Below are positions 18,685 through 29,702 of a DNA stretch of 64,000 bases, one piece after another. Source of the DNA: a virus. Lineage: Duplodnaviria; Caudoviricetes. Made by a program: the position numbers and the translations under genes. Where the stretch lies: IMG/VR virus record IMGVR_UViG_3300036770_007283. The stretch is one strand, 5' to 3'. The first letter of the stretch is position 1; each line of letters starts with the position of its first letter. The notes beneath the pieces are model-generated. The model was not told where the DNA came from. It did not search any database and was given only the letters and a program-made list of their open reading frames with translations.

Positions 18685-21036
18685 TTATCTGTGGGCTTTC
18701 TTATGTATCAAGGCCACCAAATTTCTTCTGGCAGTTCGCCTATCTGATAGATGGTCTGTGGCTGTAGATGTAGATGTAGCTGTAGCTGCCGCTTCGTTTC
18801 TACGACTTTCTCTTCTTCTAATTCTTTTTCTGGACCTACCTTCATTAGGTGGTAAAATCCTTCTGCCTCTTCTTCTCTCACGCCTTAGCTCTGCAGCTAA
18901 TGGTCCAGATTGTAGAGCGCGAATTTCTTTTTTGGATAATCTTCCGGCAACCCAGGCGTTTTGACTTGTATCAAAATAAGCTCCATCATACCTTAGGTCC
19001 ATAGGAAGGCCAAAACTACCATCTTTATCAAGGTCCATGATGCCAATCTTTCTACCATCGGGACCATCCTTTTCATCTTTGATGATGGTATTGGTTCCAG
19101 TTTTCCAAGCTTCAAAGACTTTTGTTGTCTCTTGCTGTGCAGTATTGGAGTCTTTAGAGTTATAATAAGCAAGGATCTCATCAAATTTTTCTTTCATACC
19201 TTCTTCTGGAATAAGAACTTGGTTTGGTGCTGTTGTTGTATCTTCTGGACGTGCTGCACCACCAGAAACACCACCTGGCGGTGTTTCAGCTGGTGGTGCT
19301 GATGCTGGTGCTGTCTGCCTGCTAGGATCAGGGTGACCTGATCCATAGGCTTCGGTAAGTAGGTAGTCATAAACAGTTTTCACTGCTGCTTCAGTAGAAT
19401 TTTTACAATACTCTTTTCCTTTGGGGTAGATGTCGCTATCCGTAGTTTTTACCACAAAGCATTCAGTAGTTGTATTATAAATATAACTAAAGGTTACACC
19501 TGGGACACCTGGTATGGTAATAGGGCCAGGTGTGGTTTCATCTGATTGTGTTGTCCCACCGCTTGGTGATGGTGGTACTGATGGTGATGGTACTGGTGAT
19601 GGTGGTGTTTGACCTGGTACTGCCAAACCGGCCCCAGCAGTCTCCATTTGTTCTCTAGTTATGTTCTGGTTTGCAATACTTCCATCTGACCTGCGATATG
19701 CTGTAAATGTGGTGCCATTTGGGTCGTTTGGTTTATAGGCATATGTTTCATCACCATTAATAAATATATATCCTGCTGCTGCTCTTTGAATTGGTCCACT
19801 AACTGCTGGTGCTGCTCCGCCACCTGATGTTTGTGTTCTGCCACCCATTGGTGGAGATGAATTTTGTTGGGTGTCTGTAGCAGGAGAGGATGGTTGACTA
19901 CGATAATAAGAAATTACCTTTTGAATGGCGTCTATAACTCCTTGCGTTCCAACATCAGGAGGGTGGATTTTGTATTCCTCAAGCAATAAGTTGGCTTCAA
20001 ACGCTGCATCTTCTCCAACAACCTTGGTAAAAGAACTTCCTACATCAGGACGGTCATAAACTTCAGGATTGGCATCATTTATTATCACAAGCAATATTTG
20101 GCTCTTATTATAGATACGTGTTCCATTAGAAGGCACAAAATTGTCTGTTAATATAGTTTTGCCAGTACCAATGTCTTTTCTTTTTACCCAATAAACTATA
20201 TTATTATTAGTTAATACTGGATATAATTCATCCTGTTGTGCGTCGGATGTTGCCCCCCTTCCTAGTAGTGAGTTTTTTTCTTCTTGTGTCAAATCAAGAA
20301 GATTTAGTAATTCACCAAAGTCGTTTGTACTACTAGGTATATGCAATCCGCCTGACATAAAACTAGGTCCACGATTGTCTGAGTAAACTTTGCTATCGAC
20401 TATATAGATATCATAACCAAAAGTATAGATCTGATTATTTTTCTCAAGAAAACTAAAAATTCCCCTGGGTATATCCCCATATTCTATATGCTTACTTGGT
20501 TTATTTACTTTGTCAGAAGAACTTGGTGGCGTAGTATTTCCCGCAGTTATTGCTAACTTAACCAATTCTGCGAGCCTTAGAGCTTGCTTTTCTTTTCCGG
20601 CATACTTTAAATAAGCTTCCAATTTTGCAATTTCAGTCTTCATTTTTCCTTCTCCATTTTTTTTGTTTGCAGGTGGCAACTCATCAAAATTGCCTGTGGC
20701 ACCATAAAAATCGGCCTCTTCATCATCACCCAGCTCCCTAGCTAAACCCGGATTCTGTTTGGTACCCCTAAAATTAGCAACTTCAAAAGTATCCTCATCA
20801 CCAAATTCACCTATACCTGTAGGTACATCCAATAATCCCATCCCTATCTTTTTGTTTAAATTTTTTTTAGCACTCTTAACATCTTCTTCCAACAAATCTT
20901 CCTCTCTATACTCCGAGATAACTTCATCACTAATATTACTATTTTCTCCAGACCAAACCGTACTAGATACCATATGCTGACCCGAAGCCACATCAGTACC
21001 CGTATTCAAAGCTCCAATTGGAATTTCTTGCTTCAA
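18685..21036 (-). CDS. Large Pro/Gly/Thr-rich hypothetical, probably virion-associated
   Basis: Internal leader MKTEIAKLEAYL...LVKLA; IPEEG...GPDGRKIG...LPMDLRYDG; Arg-rich tail. Confidence 0.65.
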   Translation of the reverse strand: MKQEIPIGALNTGTDVASGQHMVSSTVWSGENSNISDEVISEYREEDLLEEDVKSAKKNLNKKIGMGLLDVPTGIGEFGDEDTFEVANFRGTKQNPGLARELGDDEEADFYGATGNFDELPPANKKNGEGKMKTEIAKLEAYLKYAGKEKQALRLAELVKLAITAGNTTPPSSSDKVNKPSKHIEYGDIPRGIFSFLEKNNQIYTFGYDIYIVDSKVYSDNRGPSFMSGGLHIPSSTNDFGELLNLLDLTQEEKNSLLGRGATSDAQQDELYPVLTNNNIVYWVKRKDIGTGKTILTDNFVPSNGTRIYNKSQILLVIINDANPEVYDRPDVGSSFTKVVGEDAAFEANLLLEEYKIHPPDVGTQGVIDAIQKVISYYRSQPSSPATDTQQNSSPPMGGRTQTSGGGAAPAVSGPIQRAAAGYIFINGDETYAYKPNDPNGTTFTAYRRSDGSIANQNITREQMETAGAGLAVPGQTPPSPVPSPSVPPSPSGGTTQSDETTPGPITIPGVPGVTFSYIYNTTTECFVVKTTDSDIYPKGKEYCKNSTEAAVKTVYDYLLTEAYGSGHPDPSRQTAPASAPPAETPPGGVSGGAARPEDTTTAPNQVLIPEEGMKEKFDEILAYYNSKDSNTAQQETTKVFEAWKTGTNTIIKDEKDGPDGRKIGIMDLDKDGSFGLPMDLRYDGAYFDTSQNAWVAGRLSKKEIRALQSGPLAAELRRERRRGRRILPPNEGRSRKRIRRRESRRNEAAATATSTSTATDHLSDRRTARRNLVALIHKKAHR

Positions 21037-21043
21037 TTATCAC

Positions 21044-22627
21044 CTATTTATACTTTGCGTTAGATCTTCCAAATGGTGTCTTTGAACCAAAAATAAAAAT
21101 TTGTGATAAGTCTTTTTTATTGGCTGCTTTGCCCATAGAATCTTCACCTTTATCAGCGCTGGAAGTTTGCTCTGGAATAACACCCATAGATTCATAAAGT
21201 TCTTCTTCGGTAATTTCTCCAGGATGTGAAAAATAACTTGCTTCACCTAAATATTTATTTATCATAGAAACATCTGAACGACTAAAATCTTGTCCATGAA
21301 TTCTCATTGCTCTTTGCAAATAATTTCTATATTCTTCGCTGTTTTTATCTATCTCTTCAAATCCTTCCCATGGAGCACCTGAACTCGTTGATGTTTTTCC
21401 CTCAGTGTCAGAAATAAACAGGTGGCCGTTAGGGTTGAGCCAGAAAAAATAAGCAGGGGTTCCTTCCGGAGCATCATTATGTAGTGGGGCTCCAGCATGA
21501 GATTCTACCCAACCCACACCAGTAGTATCACCAACAGGATTTGCTATAAGGCCATGAATCCTTGCTTGTTTTACCAAGGTCTCATATCCGGGCCCACCTG
21601 GCTTAATTTGTATGCCAACAAAACTTTCTAAAGCTCTTCCATCTGGTGTCTTTCCACCTTTTCTTTCTTCGACCACGCCCTGAATTTTGAAAGTCTTGGT
21701 TGCGGCATCATAATAATAAATGAATGGATCGCCAGCCTCTCCATATAATTCGCCAGAACGACCTGTCCAGCCAGGATTCTTCTTTGTTGAAGCAAGCGGT
21801 GCCCTCTGCACATAGACACTCCTCGAAAGATCTGGAGGCACCATAAGTGGAACAGTAATATCTGGACCAGATGGGGTAACTTCTATACCCTCCACCCTTG
21901 GCTGTTGAGAAAGCGATGAGCGTTCACCCAAGTTAAAACCAGCAATTTCACGATCATCTGCTTTTTTAATTTGAGCTGCATGTTTTTTAATTATTGCATC
22001 CACAACGCCAGCTAATTTTTTATTTTCTGACTTTGCTAGATTTTTTCTTAAATCTTTTAAAATTTGTTCTATTTTAGTATCTTCTGCGCTCATAATTCCT
22101 CTCTTATTTTTCTGAATATTATTTAAATTATTAGTAGCTCCCACCTTGCTTTGAACTACTGATTCTTCAACGAAAGGACTCCTTCCTGATTCCAGGTCTT
22201 CTTTCTTTACAACTAATTTTGGTTGCCCACCAAAGTGTTCGTATTCATGAACAATAATTTGAGCCAAAGTTTCTAAAGCGTAAGCAGTTTCTTGTGGTGT
22301 TAGCCCAAAAATATTGTTGGGTTGAATATTGGAACCCTGTAAGCTTCTTTCAATGACTGGTGCTACCAAGTGGATTTTATCTATTGTATTATTATCATCC
22401 ATGTCTTCGCCAATAACATATCCTGCCGCATCAGGCTGGTTTTTTAGAGGCGTGGTTTCCCACTTAATATTATCAAGATTGATTCCAGACATCATTGTTC
22501 TTAGCTGCTTTATATTGGGATAATTTGCAATATTATTATTTATCTCTGTGGCCAGCAAACCTTGTGGATGCAAAATATTATTATATATCCTTACCTTCTG
22601 AGATTCTAAAAATGCTTTTTTATTCAT
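21044..22627 (-). CDS. Hypothetical protein with an HExxH-like motif (HEYEH), probably virion-associated
   Basis: IIVHEYEHF; internal leader-like helix ending KKHAAQIKKADD. Confidence 0.6.
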   Translation of the reverse strand: MNKKAFLESQKVRIYNNILHPQGLLATEINNNIANYPNIKQLRTMMSGINLDNIKWETTPLKNQPDAAGYVIGEDMDDNNTIDKIHLVAPVIERSLQGSNIQPNNIFGLTPQETAYALETLAQIIVHEYEHFGGQPKLVVKKEDLESGRSPFVEESVVQSKVGATNNLNNIQKNKRGIMSAEDTKIEQILKDLRKNLAKSENKKLAGVVDAIIKKHAAQIKKADDREIAGFNLGERSSLSQQPRVEGIEVTPSGPDITVPLMVPPDLSRSVYVQRAPLASTKKNPGWTGRSGELYGEAGDPFIYYYDAATKTFKIQGVVEERKGGKTPDGRALESFVGIQIKPGGPGYETLVKQARIHGLIANPVGDTTGVGWVESHAGAPLHNDAPEGTPAYFFWLNPNGHLFISDTEGKTSTSSGAPWEGFEEIDKNSEEYRNYLQRAMRIHGQDFSRSDVSMINKYLGEASYFSHPGEITEEELYESMGVIPEQTSSADKGEDSMGKAANKKDLSQIFIFGSKTPFGRSNAKYK

Positions 22628-22638
22628 AATAATTCCTA

Positions 22639-23001
22639 TTAAAGCTTTATTTTTTCAGGGTCTTTAACAACGTATTTGGGCTTAAACCAATCATTTCTAA
22701 TAGTCAGAACATCTATGTAACCATCTCTAAGTGCAGAAACAAAAATAACGCCTCTTGAATCTACTCTTAACTCGCCCAACTCTCTTTTTCCTTTCTTATC
22801 TAATCTAGTGTAATGCCTAACACCAGAACCACCTCTGGTAAATTGCCTTCCGATTTCATTACTCAAAGTTTTATTATCCATACCACCATATAGGTCTGGT
22901 GCTAATTCCCTATAATATTCGCGAACAGTATGACTTGTTCTAATTTTCCTTCCGCTGGTTGCAGTATCTGCAATTCCAGCTTCGATAAAGCTTGATGACA
23001 T
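22639..23001 (-). CDS. Hypothetical protein
   Basis: ORF after a GAGGA SD. Confidence 0.6.
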   Translation of the reverse strand: MSSSFIEAGIADTATSGRKIRTSHTVREYYRELAPDLYGGMDNKTLSNEIGRQFTRGGSGVRHYTRLDKKGKRELGELRVDSRGVIFVSALRDGYIDVLTIRNDWFKPKYVVKDPEKIKL

Positions 23002-23044
23002 ACTATCCTCTGGTTTAAAATAAAATATTATATGATTTAGAAGA

Positions 23045-23081
23045 AAATAAAAAACCCCATCCTAAAAAAATAGGATGGGGT
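23045..23081 (-). terminator. Intrinsic terminator
   Basis: 11-bp stem ACCCCATCCTA/TAGGATGGGGT followed by a T-run on the minus strand. Confidence 0.8.
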
Positions 23082-23096
23082 CTAGATTTTATTTTT

Positions 23097-23384
23097 TTAA
23101 GTTTCGCTAAGGGGTGTCAGAATTGCCAGCAGTCTAAAAAAATCTTCTTCATTTTTTACCGGAAATTCTCTCGGCATTTTTTTAATGCCATATCGGTAAG
23201 CTCTAACTTCTGCGTCTGAAAAGAATTTCTGAACAGCATCCCTCTTCACACCCACAATAGAACCGTCAATAGTTAAAACCAATTGCTCTAAAATGTGAGC
23301 ACCTTCTTCTGACTCCAAGGAAAGTAAACCTGAAAAACGATTAAGATGAATTGCTTTATCAAGAAAAACTTGGTCGTCCATCAA
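23097..23384 (-). CDS. Hypothetical protein
   Basis: Overlaps the stop of the upstream gene; operon packing. Confidence 0.6.
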   Translation of the reverse strand: MMDDQVFLDKAIHLNRFSGLLSLESEEGAHILEQLVLTIDGSIVGVKRDAVQKFFSDAEVRAYRYGIKKMPREFPVKNEEDFFRLLAILTPLSET

Positions 23385-24247
23385 ACCTCCGAAACTTCCA
23401 TTCGACGTTCCAAAATCTTCAAGGCCATACTATCTTTAATTCCCATTAGGAATGGAACAAGATTCATTGGCATATTCATAGCAATATACCGTGCCACCCA
23501 CTTATGCTTGGTATCAGCAAACTGTGTTACCAGATCCTGAAACTCTTCTTCCTTGTAAAGATTACGATTTTCAAACAAGCAAGCGAGAACTTCTGCTGAA
23601 AGTGAACCGCTAGAATCCGAACGAATTCTTCTTGCAATCTTCACATCCAAAAGCCCTAGCTTAACTAACTGCTTATACAGCTTAGATTTTAGTTCTGATG
23701 GATAACTTTTTGTTTCTGTCTTGTAAAGAAGATTCTTTAGATTTTGCGGATCTGATTCAACCAGCCAATCCAGTACCGTTGTAAAACCACCGCATTGAAT
23801 ACCTGTCATAACCATTGCTTGGCTTAGCTGAGATAAAATATCATGCCAAGAAACTTCTTCTCGTAAATCTCGAACACGATTTAGCAAAACATAAAAAGCA
23901 CTATTATTTGCCAAATAAATTGTATCTTGATTCTTAAAGTTACCTAGAGTCTTTTGAATATAAGACCACCAAGATTCTTCTGTGACCAAGGTGTTAGGAT
24001 TCTCTGAAAGAACAGCCTCCACTACGCCAGACTGAATCTCCATAGTGAGAAGATGAAGTCTTGGCAAAACTAATTCTGGATAAGTGTTTAGAATTTGTGC
24101 TTTAAGTTGTCGGCTGACTGGATCAATACGAGAAATAATCGTATTAAGCCCCTGAACCAAAACAAATTCCATAGGATTCATTGGCTCTGGCTTTGCAGCT
24201 TCTACCATAGTTTGGACACTATTTTCTTCAGACATTGCTTGCCTCAA
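23381..24247 (-). CDS. Hypothetical helical protein
   Basis: 288-aa ORF in an operon. Confidence 0.65.
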   Translation of the reverse strand: MRQAMSEENSVQTMVEAAKPEPMNPMEFVLVQGLNTIISRIDPVSRQLKAQILNTYPELVLPRLHLLTMEIQSGVVEAVLSENPNTLVTEESWWSYIQKTLGNFKNQDTIYLANNSAFYVLLNRVRDLREEVSWHDILSQLSQAMVMTGIQCGGFTTVLDWLVESDPQNLKNLLYKTETKSYPSELKSKLYKQLVKLGLLDVKIARRIRSDSSGSLSAEVLACLFENRNLYKEEEFQDLVTQFADTKHKWVARYIAMNMPMNLVPFLMGIKDSMALKILERRMEVSEV

Positions 24248-24509
24248 TCTTGTTTTTTAGGAAGTTCTCAAAATCTGGCATGTATAACTTAAATACATAA
24301 AATTTAATTTTATCATCCAGCATATCCCAACAGGGAAATACCTTGTCAAAGGACTCTGTGATAAACTTATCCAAAAGATCCTTGTCTGGCCCCTTGCTGT
24401 AGGTTGCGGTAGAAACCAAGGAATTAAGACCAGCAGCCAAAACCTTATTTAAGACTTTCTGCTTTTCGGTCAATTCATCAACTCTAACAACTGCTTGTGA
24501 ATCCATCAC
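24228..24509 (-). CDS. Hypothetical protein
   Basis: AGGAGG SD; first gene after a class A promoter. Confidence 0.65.
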   Translation of the reverse strand: MMDSQAVVRVDELTEKQKVLNKVLAAGLNSLVSTATYSKGPDKDLLDKFITESFDKVFPCWDMLDDKIKFYVFKLYMPDFENFLKNKIEASNV

Positions 24510-24524
24510 CGTCCTCCTAGACTA

Positions 24525-24553
24525 GATATAACCCATGCTAACTAAATATTAAA
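24525..24553 (-). promoter_or_regulatory. Promoter class A: TTTAAT-N17-TATATC
   Basis: Exact 17-bp spacer. Confidence 0.65.
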
Positions 24554-24558
24554 GCCTT

Positions 24559-26178
24559 TTATTTTTCTTCTTCATCACAAATTGTAACTTCTGTAGTGAG
24601 CAAAGTTCCGCTGGCAGAAGCTGCATGTTCTAAAGAAGATCTAACTACCTTAGTTGGATCTACAATTCCACGTTCCAACATATTAGAAACATATTCTAAT
24701 CTTAGGGCATCAAATCCTGCAAAAGAACCAGCTTCCAAAACTCTCCTTAGATAATCAGACCTTTCCTCTTCCAATCCTGCGTTTGATAAGATCTGATTAA
24801 AAGGTGCCTTGAGGGCGGCCTTCACCACCTCAATACCTACAACCTCTTCTGGTAGTAAGGTGTTTTTATCGAGGGTTTCTAATGCTCTTAGACAATGAAT
24901 CAAAGCACATCCACCGCCAGGAACTACGCCTTCTGATAGGGCTGATTTAACAGCATTAATAGCATCTTCTACACGGTCCTTCTTCTCACGCATTTCACTT
25001 TCTGATGTGGCACCTACCTTAAAGATAGCAACACCACCACTTAATCTTGAAATTCTGGAGCGAATTAAATCCCTTTGCTCATCAAAGATGGTGGACTCTG
25101 AGGCTCTATTTTTAAGCAACCCAATAGCCTTTTCTAGCACTTCCTTAGATTGCTTGCCATTAATAATATTTGTATTGGTGGTACTAACGACTACCTTTCT
25201 GGCGGAACCTAAGTCTGTAATTTTTGCGTCCTTTAATTCTCTACCGTCTGAATTGGTGAATAATTTAGCGCCGGTAATAATTGCCAAATCTTCCATTAAG
25301 GCTCTTCTATGATCCCCAAAGCCAGGTGCCCTAACTACACAGCATCTAATCACTCCCTTCATCTTGTTTAGAACTAGGTGTGTTAATGGCTCAGGATCAA
25401 TAGACTTAACGATCATTAAGATCTGGCGACCTTCTTGAATTACTTGATTCAAGATTTCTACCAACATATGAACATTCTTTACGTCGGCATCATAAATAAG
25501 AATATAAGGATCTTCCATTTCGCAAGTATTTCTTGCGGGGTTGGTAATAAACTCCTCGCTAATCCAGCCTTTCTCCAATTTTAAACCGTCGCTATATTGC
25601 ACTTCGGTTACATTACCGGCTGCTTCTTCTACTGAAACAATTCCATCATTTCCAACAGCGGAAACTGCTTCTGCAATCATTTTGCCCAAAGTAGGGTTAT
25701 TGTTAGCAGAGATAGTAGCTACGTGCGCTAAGGTTTCTTCATCAGAAACCTGAATGCTCATCTCTTTAAGTTTTGCGACCACTTTCTCTACGGCCAGATC
25801 AATTCCGCGCTTTACTAAGACAGGATTATTTCCATTGGCTACAAATTTAAGACCACGTCCATAGATTTCTTGTGCTAGAACTGTAGCCGTAGTAGTTCCG
25901 TCACCAGCCTCCATATTAGCGTCTGCTGCGACTGACTTAATTAATTGGGCACCCATATTTTGGATTGGGTGATCTAGATTAATATATCTTGCTACCGTTA
26001 CACCGTCTTTAGTGATTAGAGGCGGTCCCATTTTTCTTTCAATAGCTGCGTGCCTGCCTCTTGGACCCAAAGTAGCCTTAACAGCATTGGCTAAAATATC
26101 CACACCTTCTTTCATCTGATCTCTGGCGTCTGAACCAATAACAACCTGTTTTCCCACTTTACACTCCTTATGTCTCAT
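24559..26178 (-). CDS. groEL: Group I chaperonin GroEL (no GGM tail; no groES in the window)
   Basis: [52 protein letters not shown]. Confidence 0.97.
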   Translation of the reverse strand: MRHKECKVGKQVVIGSDARDQMKEGVDILANAVKATLGPRGRHAAIERKMGPPLITKDGVTVARYINLDHPIQNMGAQLIKSVAADANMEAGDGTTTATVLAQEIYGRGLKFVANGNNPVLVKRGIDLAVEKVVAKLKEMSIQVSDEETLAHVATISANNNPTLGKMIAEAVSAVGNDGIVSVEEAAGNVTEVQYSDGLKLEKGWISEEFITNPARNTCEMEDPYILIYDADVKNVHMLVEILNQVIQEGRQILMIVKSIDPEPLTHLVLNKMKGVIRCCVVRAPGFGDHRRALMEDLAIITGAKLFTNSDGRELKDAKITDLGSARKVVVSTTNTNIINGKQSKEVLEKAIGLLKNRASESTIFDEQRDLIRSRISRLSGGVAIFKVGATSESEMREKKDRVEDAINAVKSALSEGVVPGGGCALIHCLRALETLDKNTLLPEEVVGIEVVKAALKAPFNQILSNAGLEEERSDYLRRVLEAGSFAGFDALRLEYVSNMLERGIVDPTKVVRSSLEHAASASGTLLTTEVTICDEEEK

Positions 26179-26806
26179 AAACGTTTGTATAAACCTCCTT
26201 CATTTTGTTCTGTAAGGAGGCGTTATTTAATACAGCAGCCCTCATTGGATTGGAACCGGCAAAGGGATCCGCACAAATTTCATTATTTTCCGCACCTAAT
26301 AGCAATATATCTTCCCAAATTTGGTAAGGCTTTGGTGAAGTACCTGTTGGGGAATAGTTGATGGATGGAATGGCATCTGAAATAGTAGGTTTTTTATAAT
26401 TAAAAATATTGCTTCTGGATTTAACATAAACTTTTGGATTACCCTTTGAAGCATAAACAATATACTCTGCTTGGTTTCTCCAGTGATAACCACCACCAAA
26501 ATGTTGTTTGTCCCAGATTAGAATATTTAAAAATTTAAAACCGGCACCTTCGACAGAGGCCAGGGTATTAAATAATCCATCTCGATTACAAAAGATATAA
26601 GCTCGACCACCCTCCACCGTCTTATTATACATCTTCTTGATTACATCATCAATTTTATTCCAAGTAAATCTTTTGTACATTCCATTATATCTTCCCGTAC
26701 CATTCTGTGAAGAAAATGGATAAGGTGGATCAGTAATCCAAATATCAATATTTTCTTTTAATTGATTAAACCAATCATCAATATCTAGATTGTCAACATG
26801 AATCAT
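26168..26806 (-). CDS. DNA N6-adenine/N4-cytosine methyltransferase (beta class)
   Basis: ITDPPY (motif IV) precedes ADPFAGS (motif I); NILIWDK. Confidence 0.8.
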   Translation of the reverse strand: MIHVDNLDIDDWFNQLKENIDIWITDPPYPFSSQNGTGRYNGMYKRFTWNKIDDVIKKMYNKTVEGGRAYIFCNRDGLFNTLASVEGAGFKFLNILIWDKQHFGGGYHWRNQAEYIVYASKGNPKVYVKSRSNIFNYKKPTISDAIPSINYSPTGTSPKPYQIWEDILLLGAENNEICADPFAGSNPMRAAVLNNASLQNKMKEVYTNVYET

Positions 26807-27136
26807 TTAAATCTCCAATGGCTTTTCAATTTTTGCAGGACCATCCATCTTAGACTCTTTAGTCTTAGCCTTGGCTCGCTCTTGCTGGTCTCGAATTGCC
26901 CTACGCTTTCCAATAACTGTATTTGTGGCCAAATCAACTTGCTCTCGGTCTAAGCCCATTGCAAAAAACCAAAAGGCTGCTCTCTTACCTTCTGATAGAC
27001 CTTCTTCTAATTTTTCGATTTGTTCCTTCATGTTTTGAATAGCAATCATATCTCGCAGTAAGCCTTCTGCTACTGAAAGCAATTCTTCATCCTTAATATC
27101 ATTAATTAAATCCTGAAATTCCGTTAGAGAACTCAT
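26807..27136 (-). CDS. Hypothetical protein
   Basis: AGGAGG SD. Confidence 0.6.
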   Translation of the reverse strand: MSSLTEFQDLINDIKDEELLSVAEGLLRDMIAIQNMKEQIEKLEEGLSEGKRAAFWFFAMGLDREQVDLATNTVIGKRRAIRDQQERAKAKTKESKMDGPAKIEKPLEI

Positions 27137-27187
27137 CGTGCCTCCTTTTCGACTAATATTTTGTTTTTCTGTAGTTAGGGGTATTTC

Positions 27188-28357
27188 ATGAAATATTTAA
27201 ACAACAATTATGAAATTGAAGATTATTTTTATAAAAATTTTTATAAAAAGGCATCGCAAGATACCGCAGCATGGGAAAACTTACAGGAAAAAATAAGCAA
27301 CATACCTGTCAATAAAAACGTTTCCGCCCTAGCAAAACAATCCGCGGAACAAGCTCAGGTTTTAAAAAGCAGTCTGTCTAAAGCTGATGAGGGCGGGCTT
27401 ATGGAGTTGGGTAGTGAATTTATATCAGACTCCATTAGCTTTATCATTAAGTATACCGGTATTGATGTTGGATTACAATCTACTTGGGAATCTATAAAAT
27501 CTACAGTAATGGGTTTTATTGAATATATAAAAGAAGTTATTGAGAGATATACACCCATAAAGATGGGTAATCAATATATTTTTCCAGATGAGGCTTTGAT
27601 TAAGGAAGCAAGCACCTATAGCTTTTTCTCTGATCTAGGGAAACTTTTTACTAAGTACGGTGGGAAAAGATTACTAACTGCAATCCCCTATCTTGGTTAT
27701 GTTTTCCAAGCTTTTTTTGCCTTCAGAAGCTTGTATGCCATATATGCCGCTTATAAGGCCGCACTACCTTATATAGAAGAATTAGGAATTCCTTGGATGG
27801 ATACTTTGCAGCCAACTGCAACCACCTTAAACAATAAATTTGAAGAATATAAAGACGATCCGGTTAAGTTAGAAAAACTACTTACAATATGTGAGACTGC
27901 CAGAATTTTCATAACAGAAGGATTCTTCTTAGCTGCCGTTACACTAGATACCATAAAGGATTTGGTTTTTGACTTTATTATTCAGCCCGGTTCAGCCTTA
28001 TCTGGATTCTTCTTAGTTGTTGTACTTGGTGCTGCAATTGCAATTAATATGGCAATAGCTTTAGCAATTTATGTTGCACTTGCAGAAGCAGGCGATGCTT
28101 ATGCAGCAGGTGTTGTTGGAGTTAGAGAAAAAATAATACAACGCACTAAGGAAATTTTAGAACCTCCTGCACCAGAAGCACCAGAAGCATCGGCTGGAGG
28201 TACCGAAACTAGAAATTATGATCCAAGCAACCCTGATGATATTGAAGCTTATTTTCGTGATAATGCACCTAAGCCACTACCAAGCTCTGATAGTAATGAT
28301 CTGTTACTTCAGGATATTACAGAAGATTCTATTGCTAATTATTTTGGCGTAAGATAA
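27188..28357 (+). CDS. Hypothetical protein with several hydrophobic helices (virion-internal or membrane)
   Basis: KKAS and KEAS motifs; hydrophobic stretch GFFLVVVLGAAIAINMAIALAIYVAL. Confidence 0.65.
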   Translation: MKYLNNNYEIEDYFYKNFYKKASQDTAAWENLQEKISNIPVNKNVSALAKQSAEQAQVLKSSLSKADEGGLMELGSEFISDSISFIIKYTGIDVGLQSTWESIKSTVMGFIEYIKEVIERYTPIKMGNQYIFPDEALIKEASTYSFFSDLGKLFTKYGGKRLLTAIPYLGYVFQAFFAFRSLYAIYAAYKAALPYIEELGIPWMDTLQPTATTLNNKFEEYKDDPVKLEKLLTICETARIFITEGFFLAAVTLDTIKDLVFDFIIQPGSALSGFFLVVVLGAAIAINMAIALAIYVALAEAGDAYAAGVVGVREKIIQRTKEILEPPAPEAPEASAGGTETRNYDPSNPDDIEAYFRDNAPKPLPSSDSNDLLLQDITEDSIANYFGVR

Positions 28358-28365
28358 AGGATTGT

Positions 28366-28395
28366 TATAGGCCGTATTTTTACACACGGCCTATA
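28366..28395. terminator. Hairpin between convergent transcription units
   Basis: 10-bp stem TATAGGCCGT/ACGGCCTATA. Confidence 0.65.
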
Positions 28396-28536
28396 TTAGA
28401 TTAATTAATTTCCTTAATCTTATTAACTCGATGCCACCAATCTAGCCATGATCGCTCCCAATCTTGTTGAGAAACCATGATCTGACGACCATTGTGATAC
28501 AAAAAATAAAATACTTGATTTTCCATTTTCACTCCT

Positions 28537-28899
28537 TTAAATTAAGGCATAACATTTCTTGTTATCCATATAAACTTTCTTAGCATTATAAAATGGCGTT
28601 CCTGAATTGTCTACAAAGGTGGAGCTTTTATAAGGATTATAATGTAATTCCACCCAGGTATTTGGAACTAAAAAGTCTAGCTTATCATGGATGATTAAAC
28701 TTTTACATCTAACAAAAGCGTGTACATTCTTTCTCTTTGTTTCGAGAACCCTCCTTCTTCCGCCTGGTTGAACTACTAACTGACAATCTTCTGCCAGAAT
28801 CTTTAGAGGATGTAAAATCACCCTGCCTTTGTCTTTAACACTCCAGCAACCCAGGTGCAGATTCCAATAAATATCTAATTTTGAACCTTTGGAACCCAA
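28537..28899 (-). CDS. Conserved phage hypothetical protein
   Basis: IYWNLHLGCWSV...GRRRVLETKRKNVHAFV...YNPYK, a pattern I recognise from phage ORFans. Confidence 0.65.
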   Translation of the reverse strand: MGSKGSKLDIYWNLHLGCWSVKDKGRVILHPLKILAEDCQLVVQPGGRRRVLETKRKNVHAFVRCKSLIIHDKLDFLVPNTWVELHYNPYKSSTFVDNSGTPFYNAKKVYMDNKKCYALI

Positions 28900-29702
28900 T
28901 GTGTTGTCCTCCCATCCTCTGTTTCTTCACGAATTACCTTATTACCTAGAGGATCTGTTTCTTGACCATAAACCATAAATCGACTCGTAAAATTGCCGAC
29001 CTCACCATTGAAATCCTGATAGGTTCGGAAGGTGGAGCCACCAGTTCTATAACTCTCCCGAATTATACATGAAACTGCTTTATTTAGTGTGTTGATTTCC
29101 AAGTCTGATAGACTAGACATTTTTCTATGTGGTGATATCTTGGCTAGATATAATGCCTCTGCTTTAATATAATTGCCTACCCCAGATAAAATAGACTGAT
29201 CCATTAAAAACTCTGGAAGGGTTTTCTTTCCATGTTTTTTAACCTTGGATCTAAAATCCAAATCTGAAACATCTTCTACTAACACATCTGGCCCTAGTGA
29301 TTTAAGCTTTGCATTTAATTCTTTTTTAGAATTAACAAACTTAATAGTTCCAAAGTTTCTAATGTCTTTAAAGTGAACTGTATAACCATCATCGAAAGTT
29401 AATGAAAGCCTAAGATGTGTAGCATCCGGGTCTGTAACAGCTGATTCTTTTTTTAGCCAAGAACCCGACATACCTAGCGTATTCCAAATGTTCCATTCGC
29501 TATCTGTAAGAAAATAAATAAACTTACCCTTGCATTTAATCTCTTCTATCTTTAGGGGTAAGGCTTTTTCAAAGTTAGCTAAGCCTTCTGGCGGTTTTTT
29601 AAGATATCGACCGCTCAGAACTTGAATCTGAGTTAAGGTTTTCCCCACCAGAACCTTCGACATTTGATCCACAATCTTCTTTACTTCCGGTCCCTCTGGC
29701 AT
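28875..29702 (-). CDS. Fpg/Nei DNA glycosylase/AP lyase with a zincless finger
   Basis: N-terminal MPEGPEV, CKGKF, TLGMSG, D.RNFG, LMDQSILSGVGNYIKAEALY; the finger region lacks the four Cys. Confidence 0.92.
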   Translation of the reverse strand: MPEGPEVKKIVDQMSKVLVGKTLTQIQVLSGRYLKKPPEGLANFEKALPLKIEEIKCKGKFIYFLTDSEWNIWNTLGMSGSWLKKESAVTDPDATHLRLSLTFDDGYTVHFKDIRNFGTIKFVNSKKELNAKLKSLGPDVLVEDVSDLDFRSKVKKHGKKTLPEFLMDQSILSGVGNYIKAEALYLAKISPHRKMSSLSDLEINTLNKAVSCIIRESYRTGGSTFRTYQDFNGEVGNFTSRFMVYGQETDPLGNKVIREETEDGRTTHWVPKVQN

